Position numbers and translations under genes: made by a program. A model generated the notes under the pieces. It did not search any database. It had not been told where the DNA came from and saw only the letters and a list, made by a program, of their open reading frames with translations. This document shows positions 16,095 through 25,007 of a stretch of DNA of 64,000 nucleotides, one piece after another. Source of the DNA: an uncultured Myxococcales bacterium (GTDB taxonomy: Bacteria > Myxococcota_A > Polyangia > GCA-2747355 > CAZCFB01). Position 1 is the stretch's first letter, and each line of letters opens with the position of its first letter. Location: contig CAZEFW010000032.1 of NCBI GenBank assembly GCA_964511535.1, forward strand, positions 302-64,301. Direction: 5' to 3'.

Positions 16095-17846
16095 GTGATT
16101 CCCACAACCACAAGCCTGCATCTGTCCCGGCTACGGATCCTGACGATTTCAGGGATCCTCGCATGCGCGGCGCTGTGCCCGGCGGACGCGCGGGCAGAGG
16201 GGCTGTTCGCCCTGGGCAACGTTGGGCTCGGCGATGAGCTGACCACCATGCGCATGAGCCCCGCGGACACCAAGTTCGTGCTGGTGGGCAACACCCGGGG
16301 GCAGATCTACCGCACCGCGGACGGCGGAGCCACCTGGCAGGTGGTGACCATCACGCCGGTGCGCACGCTGTTCTTCGGGCGCGAGCGATCCTCGGACCCC
16401 AGGCTGGAGTACGCCCTCGGGCTGCCGGGCAAGTCGCCCCACCTTCAGTCCTGGCTGCGACGGCAGGGCCTGGCCACGTCGGGCATCAACCTGCAGCAGC
16501 TGCTGGTGAACAAAGGCGACAAGATGACGGCGGTCAACTGGATCGAGATCGATCCGACGAACGATAGCCGGGTCTTCGTGGCCACCGTCGACGGCTTATA
16601 TCGATCCATCGACCGCGGGCGCACCTTCCAGCGCATCTTCCAGGGGCAGAAGTCCATGGCGGAGCGCATGGTCAACACCGTGGCCGTGGATCCCCATGAT
16701 CCCCGCCGGGTGCTCATCGGCACTGCCTCGGGGCTGTTCGTATCCAAGAACAACGGCACGTACTTCCGCAAAACCATGAACTATTACATGCGGGACTCGT
16801 ACATCCGCGAGATCCATTTCGATCCGGAGCAGCCGGGCCTGGTCCACGTGGCCATGGGCGGCTCCGCAATGGCGAGCCTCGACGGCGGGGACTCCTGGAT
16901 CACCACCCACTGGGACGAGTGGGGGCCGCGCGCGGACGTGCAGAGCTTCAGCATGGGGCCGGGCAACGTGCGCCTCATCGGCACCCGCGACGGGCTGTAC
17001 GCCTCGTGGCAAGGGGGCGAGATGGGCACCTGGGTCCGGCGCGGCATCCGGTTCGTGGGCACGGCCATGATCAAGGTGTTGGCCACGGCGGATCCAAACG
17101 TGTGGCTCGCCATGACCCAGGAGGCGGTGTGGGCCACCATGGACGCGGGCCTGAACTGGACCAAGGTGTTCCACACCGGCGGCAAGGAGGCTCCACGCTG
17201 GATGAGCTGCCACAGGGGAGATCTGAACCACCTGTGGATCCTGACCAACCGTCAGGTCTACCGCGTCGGCGCGCCCAACCTCGCGCGGCCAGCCCCGCGG
17301 CGGAAGAAGCGGCGCATCTGGCCCCCCGAAGTGCCGACGCTTCACCAGTTCTGGGTCAAGATCAAGAAACATAACCGGCTGTATTTCAAGGACAATCAGA
17401 AATACCGCGACCGCGGCCCAATGGCGGCGCTGCTTCCCAACGTCACCCTGGCAGTGACCCACACCCAGTCCCAGGACAACTCCACCACCTACGACCGGCT
17501 CTACCGCACGCTGCCGTACCGGTACCACTACCGGGACCAGGACGAAGGGCTCAACTGGGAGGTGATGGCCAACTGGGATCTGGGGCGGCTCGTGTTCGAC
17601 CTGCGCCAGCTGCCGCACTTTGGCCGCATCCAGCGGAACCTGTCAGCGACCCGGCGGGACATCCACGAGCGTGTCCACCGGCTGTACCAGGAATATCTGC
17701 GCCTTTATCTGACCATGAAGGGCGCGCCACCACGAGATACGAACACAAGGTTGCATTACGAGATCAGGCTGCAGGAGATCTCCGCTTACTTCGACGCCAT
17801 CAGCGGAGGCTACTGGAGCCGTACGAGCAAAGGAGGCCAAAAATGA
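16095..17846 (+). CDS. Secreted BNR/Asp-box beta-propeller protein with a TolC-like C-terminal module
   Basis: Asp-box-like motifs TADGGATW, SIDRGRTF, SLDGGDSW, TMDAGLNW. The C-terminal 140 aa is homologous to the next ORF. GTG start 11 nt after the upstream stop. Confidence 0.75.
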   Translation: MIPTTTSLHLSRLRILTISGILACAALCPADARAEGLFALGNVGLGDELTTMRMSPADTKFVLVGNTRGQIYRTADGGATWQVVTITPVRTLFFGRERSSDPRLEYALGLPGKSPHLQSWLRRQGLATSGINLQQLLVNKGDKMTAVNWIEIDPTNDSRVFVATVDGLYRSIDRGRTFQRIFQGQKSMAERMVNTVAVDPHDPRRVLIGTASGLFVSKNNGTYFRKTMNYYMRDSYIREIHFDPEQPGLVHVAMGGSAMASLDGGDSWITTHWDEWGPRADVQSFSMGPGNVRLIGTRDGLYASWQGGEMGTWVRRGIRFVGTAMIKVLATADPNVWLAMTQEAVWATMDAGLNWTKVFHTGGKEAPRWMSCHRGDLNHLWILTNRQVYRVGAPNLARPAPRRKKRRIWPPEVPTLHQFWVKIKKHNRLYFKDNQKYRDRGPMAALLPNVTLAVTHTQSQDNSTTYDRLYRTLPYRYHYRDQDEGLNWEVMANWDLGRLVFDLRQLPHFGRIQRNLSATRRDIHERVHRLYQEYLRLYLTMKGAPPRDTNTRLHYEIRLQEISAYFDAISGGYWSRTSKGGQK

Positions 17847-18526
17847 AGCTTTTGACACCCACACTGGCGCTGATGGTGCTGCTGTCCTCTCTGGGCGGCG
17901 GCGAGGCGCTGGCCCAGGGGAGCCCCGAGGAGATGGAACAACAGCAGCCGCAGGCGCCCCCGCCACCGGACCCGCGGGTCGTACGGGCGCTCAAGCTGCG
18001 CTTCGAGCAGGAGCCCGGCGTCGCAGAGGTGCAGAAGGCTGCGCTCAAGTTCTTCAAGGTCCACCCGGAGAGGGTGGCGTCATTTCGGCGGGGCGCCGCG
18101 TGGAAGGCGCTGATGCCGGATGTCGAGTTCATCTTCAACCGGGAGGACGGCACGAGCGACCGGACCCTGTGGGACCGCCTGTATCCAAAGTTCACGGATT
18201 ACAAGGACCTGGAGAAGGGCAGCCGGAGCACCACGTCCTACGGCATCCGGGCTCACTGGGCGCTGGATCGGCTCATCTTCAACGCGGAATCGCTGGACGT
18301 GGCCTCGCTGGTCGGCGTGCAGGAGGGGCTGCTGCGCGAGATCACCAGCCTGTACTTCACCCGGCGGCGCCTGATGACGGCCATCAACCTCAACCCGCCC
18401 CAGGACCCCAACGAGCAGATCACCGAGGAGCTGCGTCTGCAGGAGATCACCGCCAACCTGGACGCGCTGACCGGTGGGTACTTTACCAAGGAGCTGCGCA
18501 AGCGGTTCGAGTCGGGGCCGCAGTAG
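17843..18526 (+). CDS. Secreted protein sharing the C-terminal module of 16095..17846
   Basis: Signal peptide MKLLTPTLALMVLLSSLGGGEALA. AGGAGG Shine-Dalgarno and an ATGA start/stop overlap with the upstream gene. Shared blocks: LMPDV, WDRLY, WALDRLIF, LRLQEITANLDALTGGYF. Confidence 0.75.
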   Translation: MKLLTPTLALMVLLSSLGGGEALAQGSPEEMEQQQPQAPPPPDPRVVRALKLRFEQEPGVAEVQKAALKFFKVHPERVASFRRGAAWKALMPDVEFIFNREDGTSDRTLWDRLYPKFTDYKDLEKGSRSTTSYGIRAHWALDRLIFNAESLDVASLVGVQEGLLREITSLYFTRRRLMTAINLNPPQDPNEQITEELRLQEITANLDALTGGYFTKELRKRFESGPQ

Positions 18527-18803
18527 GGGGCTGACGCCGGGTACGGCTGGCGACCGGAGGATCCAGTGGCCACCTGCCCGGGGACGGAAAGCCCGAAAGT
18601 GGCGACAATAGTAGCCACCTGCCGGCAAGATGGCGTCGAGCTTGATCTGAACCGTGCAGAAAGGGTAGTATAGAAAAATGATTCGATTGCAGGATGTTAC
18701 GTGGGCAAAGCGGTGCGGGGCAGGGTGGATCCGGCCTCGGGGGGAAACCGGCCCGCGTCTTGCAGTTTCTTGGGCCGTTGACGAAATGACCCGGAGAGCG
18801 ACC

Positions 18804-19823
18804 ATGAGCCAGAACAAGACCTCGAGCCTGAACGCGGCAATCCTGCTCAGCAGCATCGTGGCCCTCGTGGCTGTTGGTTGTGGCGGCGTCGAGCCCCCGG
18901 ATCCGTACACGCCCCCCACTGGCAATGGCGTGAACAACGACCCGAACAAGAACAACAACAACAATAACAACAACAACGGCAAGAAGGTGCAGAAGCCCAC
19001 GGTGGACGCCCAGGCCAACACCGCATGCACGGCCTCCATCCCGCTCACCGGCCGCGGCCCCATCGGCGCTTCCATCCTGGTCAAGGGCGGCGCTGGCGAC
19101 ATCAGCACCGACACCCACTCCGTGACCGGCCGCTTCTGCGTGGACGTCAAGCTCTACAAGAACACCACCAACACCCTGAAGGTGTACGCGCTGGACCCGC
19201 AGCTCGGCCTGAGCGCCCCGACCACCATCAGCATCACCCACACCAAGTGCAACCTGCCGACCAACCCGAACCCCACGCCCACCGAGAAGTCCAAGAACCA
19301 GGCCCTCGGCGCCAAGGTCAAGAGCGACGAGACCCCCAAGGCGGGCCAGAACACGGCCATCACCGATGGCGACGCCACCACCTACGCGCAGTACACCGGC
19401 GGCTGGCTCGGCTGGGCCGCCAAGCGCGTGGTCATGGTGAACCTGGGCAAGCTGGTGCAGGTTGACAAGATTAAAATCAAGTGGCGCCACAGCTCCAGCA
19501 GCTCGACCCAGCACTACGCCGCCGAGTATGAGATGTACACCGCCACCGGCACCCCGGGCGACCTGACCCAGGACAACACCCTGTGGACCAAGATCAAGAC
19601 CGTCAAGGCCGGCAGCGGCGGCGTGGAGACCCACGAGCTGAAGAACAAGGGCCTGATGGTCCAGCACGTGGGCATCATCATGATGCAGGACGGCGAGAGC
19701 TACACCAGCAGCGAGACCTTCGACCTGTCCGAGATCGAGGTCTGGGACCTGGTCAAGAAGAGCACCACCCCCACCAACGACCCCAAGAGCAAGACCTGCT
19801 CCGATATTGACACCAGCATCTGA
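18804..19823 (+). CDS. Lipoprotein with an F5/8 type C (discoidin) carbohydrate-binding domain
   Basis: I chose the internal ATG of ORF 18678..19823 (MSQNKTSSLNAAILLSSIVALVAVGC lipobox, GGAGAG Shine-Dalgarno). Poly-Asn linker. Discoidin-like AITDGDATTYAQY ... DLSEIEVWD. Confidence 0.7.
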   Translation: MSQNKTSSLNAAILLSSIVALVAVGCGGVEPPDPYTPPTGNGVNNDPNKNNNNNNNNNGKKVQKPTVDAQANTACTASIPLTGRGPIGASILVKGGAGDISTDTHSVTGRFCVDVKLYKNTTNTLKVYALDPQLGLSAPTTISITHTKCNLPTNPNPTPTEKSKNQALGAKVKSDETPKAGQNTAITDGDATTYAQYTGGWLGWAAKRVVMVNLGKLVQVDKIKIKWRHSSSSSTQHYAAEYEMYTATGTPGDLTQDNTLWTKIKTVKAGSGGVETHELKNKGLMVQHVGIIMMQDGESYTSSETFDLSEIEVWDLVKKSTTPTNDPKSKTCSDIDTSI

Positions 19824-19860
19824 GCGAACCCGCCGGGGCCTGAAGCCCCAGCGGATTCGC

Positions 19861-19888
19861 AGCGGACCTTCGGTCCGCTTCTGTTGTT
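19861..19888 (+). terminator. Intrinsic terminator candidate
   Basis: agcggacc-ttcg-ggtccgct stem-loop followed by ttctgttgtt. Confidence 0.55.
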
Positions 19889-20125
19889 CGCCTGGCTGCG
19901 CCAGGCTAGTTGCCGGGCGCCAAACGCCCGGCGTCTGGACTGCTCGCGCACCTCAAGTGCGCTCCGCGGGCTCCTCGCTCGCGCCTTGCCTCCCGGGCGT
20001 CTCGCGGCCCTTTAGACCCTGTTTGATCTTCGGCGCTCATCGAATAAGGCCAGTAGACATGGACGTGGACGAGACCGGATAAAGGTACGCTATTTCCTTG
20101 CCGCCAGGCTGCCGCAAGCCCGCTC

Positions 20126-20173
20126 CGTCATTTCGTCGTTTCATCGTTTTGTCATTCGCGCCCGACGGGCGCG
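20126..20173. repeat. 8-bp microsatellite (ATTTCGTC-like) ending in a GC hairpin, cgcgccc-gac-gggcgcg
   Basis: Read directly. Same architecture as 20351..20414. Confidence 0.8.
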
Positions 20174-20196
20174 CCGGCTAACTTCCAGAAGCGCAC

Positions 20197-20239
20197 AAAA
20201 TGTCAAGCAGGGGGGTCAGACCCCTACACTTGACATTTT
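20197..20239. repeat. 43-bp nested palindromic element, copy 1
   Basis: aaaatgtcaagcaggggggtcagacccctacacttgacatttt. Outer arms TGTCAA/TTGACA; inner perfect palindrome GGGGTC-A-GACCCC. Confidence 0.9.
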
Positions 20240-20267
20240 AACGAACCGCGACGCCCGGTTTCCATTT

Positions 20268-20309
20268 ATATGTCAAGTAGGGGGGTCAGACCCCTACACT
20301 TGACATTTT
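20268..20309. repeat. 43-bp nested palindromic element, copy 2
   Basis: atatgtcaagtaggggggtcagacccctacacttgacatttt. Confidence 0.9.
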
Positions 20310-20350
20310 CCGGCGAGGGCCTCTCAGCGCAACTGGCAGGCAGAAACCTC

Positions 20351-20414
20351 CGGCATTCTGGCATCCCGGCGTTCTGGCACTCTGGCACTCTGGCATTCGC
20401 GCCCAAAGGGCGCG
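20351..20414. repeat. 8-bp microsatellite (ATTCTGGC x about 6) ending in a GC hairpin, cgcgccc-aaa-gggcgcg, that abuts the stop of 20420..21250
   Basis: cggcattctggcatcccggcgttctggcactctggcactctggcattcgcgcccaaagggcgcg. Confidence 0.85.
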
Positions 20415-20419
20415 CCGCC

Positions 20420-21250
20420 TTAGCTTCCTGGCGTGCAGATGTACTTCGTATTCCAGCTCGGCGGTACGCACACCCGGTAGCACTGGCCATCGCCGCCCCG
20501 GCGGTAGGCGCAGTCCCAGGGGCCCTGGCCCTTGGCCTGGTTCCACTTGCAGTCGCCGTTGTCCGCGCACTTGCGCATGCAGGAGCCGACGCTGTTGATG
20601 TTGGCGATGCAGGTGGAGGCAGGGGGGCAGCGGCCGTCCGAGGCGCAGTTTGCCTTGGCGCAGTAGCCGCCGCCGACGTCGGTCAGGCAGATCATGTTGT
20701 TTTCGCACCCCTGCTTCTGGCCGGCGCAGGGAGCTCCGGTGGTGGCCACCAGGTCGACCTCCAGCACCTTGTCGTAGCCGATGGGGATCGGGTTGCAGGT
20801 GTTGAACCGCAGCTTGTCCGCGCACCCGCGCGCCACAACATGCACCCCGCCGTAGCTGTCCCGGCCGAGCCCTTCCACCACCAGGACCACCTCCTTGCCC
20901 ACGGGAAACACCAGACCGTTAACCACGGTGGAGTTGGCGTCCTTGGTGGGCCGGCTGATTGTCCGGGTGGAGAGGATGGCCAGGGCAGGGTGTCCCATGG
21001 CGTACACCCCGGGGATCTGGCTGCATGACAGGGGGCCGCCCTTGGTGGTCCGGCCGCTGATGATGGTGACCTGGTAGCGCTCGATCACCTGCTGCACAGT
21101 GCGGTCGGTCACGAACGCCTGCTTGGCGGCGCCGGCATCACCGTAGGGTGGACAAGGCCGGGGCTCGGGGTCACCCGCGCACGCGGCGACGGTCAACACG
21201 GCCAGCGCCGAGACTGCGAGCCACGGTCGTTTCAACGCAACGCTTTTCAT
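20420..21250 (-). CDS. Lipoprotein with a Cys-rich C-terminal domain, unknown function
   Basis: Lipobox LTVAAC. About 20 Cys in the C-terminal half. ATGA overlap with the upstream TPR gene. Confidence 0.7.
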   Translation of the reverse strand: MKSVALKRPWLAVSALAVLTVAACAGDPEPRPCPPYGDAGAAKQAFVTDRTVQQVIERYQVTIISGRTTKGGPLSCSQIPGVYAMGHPALAILSTRTISRPTKDANSTVVNGLVFPVGKEVVLVVEGLGRDSYGGVHVVARGCADKLRFNTCNPIPIGYDKVLEVDLVATTGAPCAGQKQGCENNMICLTDVGGGYCAKANCASDGRCPPASTCIANINSVGSCMRKCADNGDCKWNQAKGQGPWDCAYRRGGDGQCYRVCVPPSWNTKYICTPGS

Positions 21251-22275
21251 TTCAGCACCACCGAGGTGCCCACGTTGGTGGGCAGCGGCCCTTCACCCGG
21301 CTCCCACGGCTTGGTCACCAGCAGCGCGGCCACGATTCCGCCAGCCACGGCCAGCCCCGCGCCGACGCCGATTGCATACCAGTGCCAGTTGGATTTCTTG
21401 GGCGGCGGCTGCACCACGCGCACGATGTGAGGGTCGTCGGGCGCGCCCGAAGCGGCCAGCGCGGCGAAGCCCTCGGCGCCCAACAGCACCACGAAGAAGA
21501 GCACCTTGCCCCGGGCATCTTGTTCCTCACCGAGGTCGATGGCGGGGATGTTGGCTTTCACCTTCTTCTGGCCCGGCTTGACCTTCAACTTGATGTTCGA
21601 GAAGTCCCCCGCGCCCACCCTGCGCCAGCGCACCAGAGCGCCCGCCACCATCTTGCGCGGGTCGTGGATTTGTAGGGTCACGGTGATGGGTTGGCCTGCC
21701 TTGGCTTGCTTCGGCGCATCCACCTTCAGCTCCACCGGCAAGCGCTGGCCAGGCGGCTGCCCGGCGCCCGGCTGGGGCTGTCCGGCGCCCGGCTGCGGCT
21801 GCCCGGCGCCCGGCTGAGGCTGCCCGGCGCCCGGCTGAGGCTGCCCCGCTCCCGGTTGAGGCTGAGCACCAGGCGGCTGCAGCTGGCCCTTCTTCTTGAG
21901 GCGATCCAGCGCCTCCTCGAACATGGCCTTGATGCTGGGCGACACGCCGCCAGGGAGCCGGAACCCGGGGCGTACGCTCAGCAGCGCGATGAACGCCTGG
22001 ACCGCGTCCTCGGCCCGACCCACGGCGGTGAAGCAGATCCCCATGTAAAGGTGCACCGTGGCTTTCTGCACGTCGGAGATGCCGGGCACCTGAAGCACCT
22101 GAATCAGCGCCTCGAGGGCCTGGTCATACTCCATCTGGTCGTACGCCTGCTCGGCCTGCTGGAGCAGCGCGTTTGCCTTGGCGGAGTCCGCTGAAGGCGC
22201 CCCCTGCTGCTGGGCGGAGGCCGCGCCACCGAGCGTACATAGGATCGCGAAGACAGAAAGGAAACGGCAGATCAC
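21247..22275 (-). CDS. Secreted TPR-like protein with a PQPGAGQ repeat linker and a C-terminal TM anchor
   Basis: GTG start. Signal peptide MICRFLSVFAILCTLGGAASA. 5-6 x PQPGAGQ. C-terminal WYAIGVGAGLAVAGGIVAALLV. Confidence 0.7.
   Translation of the reverse strand: MICRFLSVFAILCTLGGAASAQQQGAPSADSAKANALLQQAEQAYDQMEYDQALEALIQVLQVPGISDVQKATVHLYMGICFTAVGRAEDAVQAFIALLSVRPGFRLPGGVSPSIKAMFEEALDRLKKKGQLQPPGAQPQPGAGQPQPGAGQPQPGAGQPQPGAGQPQPGAGQPPGQRLPVELKVDAPKQAKAGQPITVTLQIHDPRKMVAGALVRWRRVGAGDFSNIKLKVKPGQKKVKANIPAIDLGEEQDARGKVLFFVVLLGAEGFAALAASGAPDDPHIVRVVQPPPKKSNWHWYAIGVGAGLAVAGGIVAALLVTKPWEPGEGPLPTNVGTSVVLK
21755..21880. repeat. In-frame 21-bp tandem repeat (about 6 copies) encoding PQPGAGQ
   Basis: ggctgcccggcgcccggctga units read directly. 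Confidence 0.9.
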
Positions 22276-22419
22276 AGCCCGATGCTATAGGCCGTGTAAC
22301 GACCCGTCAACTCTCCGCGAGGCGGTGTAGTCCTGCCCAGGGCCACGCGGGGTTGAGACTTGCCTCCAGCCATAGTAGAACGGCACCGCTGAAAACATCA
22401 CCTGAACAGGGAGTCGATC

Positions 22420-25002
22420 ATGGCCACGGACCTCACCACCTTCGCCACCGAGTATGTCAAGCATCTGGAGCAACGCGCCGCCCAGGGCATCCCGCCCCTG
22501 CCCCTGTCCCCAGGGCAGACCGAGACCGTCTGCGCCGCGCTGCTGGAGGCCCAGGCAGACCCGGCGTTGCTCACCGTGCACGATCAGGCCGACACCGTGG
22601 CGTCTCTGCGCCATCTCCTCGGCGAGCGAGTGCCGCCCGGGGTGTACCCCGCGTCCAAGGTAAAGGCGGCGTTCCTGGCCGATCTCGCGCTGGGCGAGGC
22701 AGCCTCGCCGCACATCAGCCAGGCCGAGGCCGTGGCGATGCTCGGCGCCATGGGCGGCGGGTACAACATCCCGCCTCTGCTCAAGGCGCTCGAGGGCGAG
22801 CATGCCCAGCAGGCTGCGGCGCTGCTGGAGGACATCATCCTCGTGACGCCCGACGACATCTCCGCCGTCAAGGCGCTCGCGGCAGGCGGCAACGAGGCCG
22901 CACGGGGGTTGCTCAAGGGCTGGGCCGAGGCGAGCTGGTTCGCACACGCGCCCGAGGTGCCGATGGAGCAGCGGCGCGTGGTGATCCGCACCACCGGCGA
23001 GATCAACACCGACTTCTACTCGCCCGCGCAGGAGGCCTCCACCCGGGACGACATCCCCCTGCACGCCCTGGCCATCCTGAGCACCAGCCCCCACGACCGC
23101 GACTTCCTCGAGCGGCGTGAGAAGCTGCTGGAGCGGGACTTGCCGTTCCTTTACGTGGGCGACGTGGTGGGCACCGGATCGAGCCGCAAGTCGGCCTCCA
23201 ACTCGCTGGTCTGGTGGGTCGGTGAGGACATCCCCCACGTGCCGAACAAGAAGCGCGGCGGCCTGGTGTTTGCGGCCAAGATCGCGCCCATCTTCTTCAA
23301 CACCATCCGCGGCTGCGGCGCCGTGCCCGTGCGGTGCTCCACCGGAGATCTCCAGGAGGGGCAGGAGGTGGTGGTGGACTTCAACAAGGGCGAGGTGAGG
23401 CTGGACGACGGCGCGGTGCTCACCAGCTTCGACGTGGTCCCCGGCTCCATCATGCTCGAGGCCCGCGCCGGCGGCCGCAACAACCTGATCATCGGCCGCA
23501 AGCTCACCGCCAACGCCCGCGCTGTCTGCGCCGACCTCGGCCTGGAGATGGGCGAGGCCGCGGTGTCCCCCACGCCCAGGCCAGAGCACGACGCCGGGAC
23601 GAAGTTCTCCCTGGCCCAGAAGATGGTGGGCGAGGCCGCCGGCCTGGCCGGCGTGCTGCCCGGCGACTACTGCGAGCCCACGGCTCACATGGTGTTCAGC
23701 CAGGACACCACGGGCAAGATGACCCAGCAGGAGATCATGGAGCTCGCCACGGTGCGCTTCGCGGCCCCCACCATCCAGTCGTTCTGCCACACGGCGGCCG
23801 GCCCCAAGAGCAAGGACGCCCTCATGCAGACCGACCTGGGCGGCTTCATCTCCGAGATGGGCGGCATCGATCTGCGCCCCGGCGACGGGGTGATCCACAC
23901 CAACGGCAACCGCTTCCTGCTGCCTTACTTCGTGGGCACCGGCGGCGACAGCCACACCCGCTTCCCGGTGGGGCTGTCCTTCCCCGCGGGCTCGGACCTG
24001 GTGGCGTTCGCCGCCAGCCAGGGGTACTTCCCGCTGGACATGCCCGAGTCGGTGCTGGTGCGCTTCACCGGCAAGCCCCGGCCTGGCATCACCGTTCGTG
24101 ACCTGGTCAACGCCATCCCGTACGCCGCCATGAAGGCCGGCAAGCTGAACCTGAAGAAGGGCGACGAGAAGGTGAACATCTTCGCCGACCGGGTGCTGGA
24201 GATCGAGGGGCTGGAGTTCCTCACCGTGGAGGAGGCGTACAAGCTGACCGACGCATCGGCCGAGCGCAGCGCCGCGGGCTCCACCTTCCACCACGACCCT
24301 GCCAGGGCCATCGCCTACGTGGAGAACAACCTGCGCTTCCTGAAGAACAACTTCTCCCGGCGCCACCCGGCCCAGGTGGTGCACAAGATCATCGAGCAGA
24401 TGGAGCAGTGGCTCGCTGATCCGCAGCTGCTGGAGGCCGACCCCGGCGCGCAGTATGCGGAGGTGCTGGAGATCGACCTGGACACCATCACCGAGCCGCT
24501 GCTGGCCGCGCCCAACGACCCCGATAAGGTTGTGACCCTGTCAGACGTGGCGGGCACCAACATCGACGAGGTGTTCGTGGGCTCCTGCATGGTGGACATC
24601 ACCGACTTCCGCGCTGTGGCCATGATGCTGGGCGACGAGCGGGTGGACCACCGAATGAAGTTCTGGACCGTGCCCCCGGACCGCGAGAGCAACACGGCGC
24701 TGGCCATGGAGGGTGTGCACGGTCAGCTGCTCGGGGCAGGCGCCAACGTGCATGTGCCCGGCTGTTCGCTGTGCATGGGCAACCAGGCGCAGGTCGCCAC
24801 CGACGCCACCGTGCTGTCCACCAGCACGCGTAACTTCGACAACCGCCTCGGCGTGGGCGCCCAGGTCTACCTCGGCTCGGCTCAGCTGGCGGCCGTGACC
24901 GCCCTGAGCGGCGAGCTGCCCACGGTGGACCGGTACATGGAGTACTACAAGCGCATCGAGGGCAGCCTGGACGAGCTCTACAAGCCGCTGGTTCACGGGT
25001 AA
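22420..25002 (+). CDS. acnB: Aconitate hydratase B (bifunctional aconitase 2 / 2-methylisocitrate dehydratase)
   Basis: 860 aa. The N-terminus (EYVKHLEQRAAQGIPPLPL ... VPPGV ... GGYNIPPLL) is collinear with E. coli AcnB as I remember it. Confidence 0.9.
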   Translation: MATDLTTFATEYVKHLEQRAAQGIPPLPLSPGQTETVCAALLEAQADPALLTVHDQADTVASLRHLLGERVPPGVYPASKVKAAFLADLALGEAASPHISQAEAVAMLGAMGGGYNIPPLLKALEGEHAQQAAALLEDIILVTPDDISAVKALAAGGNEAARGLLKGWAEASWFAHAPEVPMEQRRVVIRTTGEINTDFYSPAQEASTRDDIPLHALAILSTSPHDRDFLERREKLLERDLPFLYVGDVVGTGSSRKSASNSLVWWVGEDIPHVPNKKRGGLVFAAKIAPIFFNTIRGCGAVPVRCSTGDLQEGQEVVVDFNKGEVRLDDGAVLTSFDVVPGSIMLEARAGGRNNLIIGRKLTANARAVCADLGLEMGEAAVSPTPRPEHDAGTKFSLAQKMVGEAAGLAGVLPGDYCEPTAHMVFSQDTTGKMTQQEIMELATVRFAAPTIQSFCHTAAGPKSKDALMQTDLGGFISEMGGIDLRPGDGVIHTNGNRFLLPYFVGTGGDSHTRFPVGLSFPAGSDLVAFAASQGYFPLDMPESVLVRFTGKPRPGITVRDLVNAIPYAAMKAGKLNLKKGDEKVNIFADRVLEIEGLEFLTVEEAYKLTDASAERSAAGSTFHHDPARAIAYVENNLRFLKNNFSRRHPAQVVHKIIEQMEQWLADPQLLEADPGAQYAEVLEIDLDTITEPLLAAPNDPDKVVTLSDVAGTNIDEVFVGSCMVDITDFRAVAMMLGDERVDHRMKFWTVPPDRESNTALAMEGVHGQLLGAGANVHVPGCSLCMGNQAQVATDATVLSTSTRNFDNRLGVGAQVYLGSAQLAAVTALSGELPTVDRYMEYYKRIEGSLDELYKPLVHG

Positions 25003-25007
25003 GAAAA

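Noticed and set aside
18945-18980. Poly-Asn run (NKNNNNNNNNNGKK) encoded by aac/aat repeats in a 70%-GC genome.
   Set aside because: It lies in the expected disordered linker just after the lipobox of the discoidin lipoprotein. It is most simply a low-complexity tether, not a separate signal.
19890-20040. Apparent similarity between the spacers 19890..20040, 32608..32746 and 62460..62600 (shared 9-11-mers such as ttcgcctggct and cgcgccttg).
   Set aside because: The matches are short and scattered. An 11-mer coincidence is expected by chance in 64 kb of compositionally biased DNA. I could not build a convincing alignment by eye.
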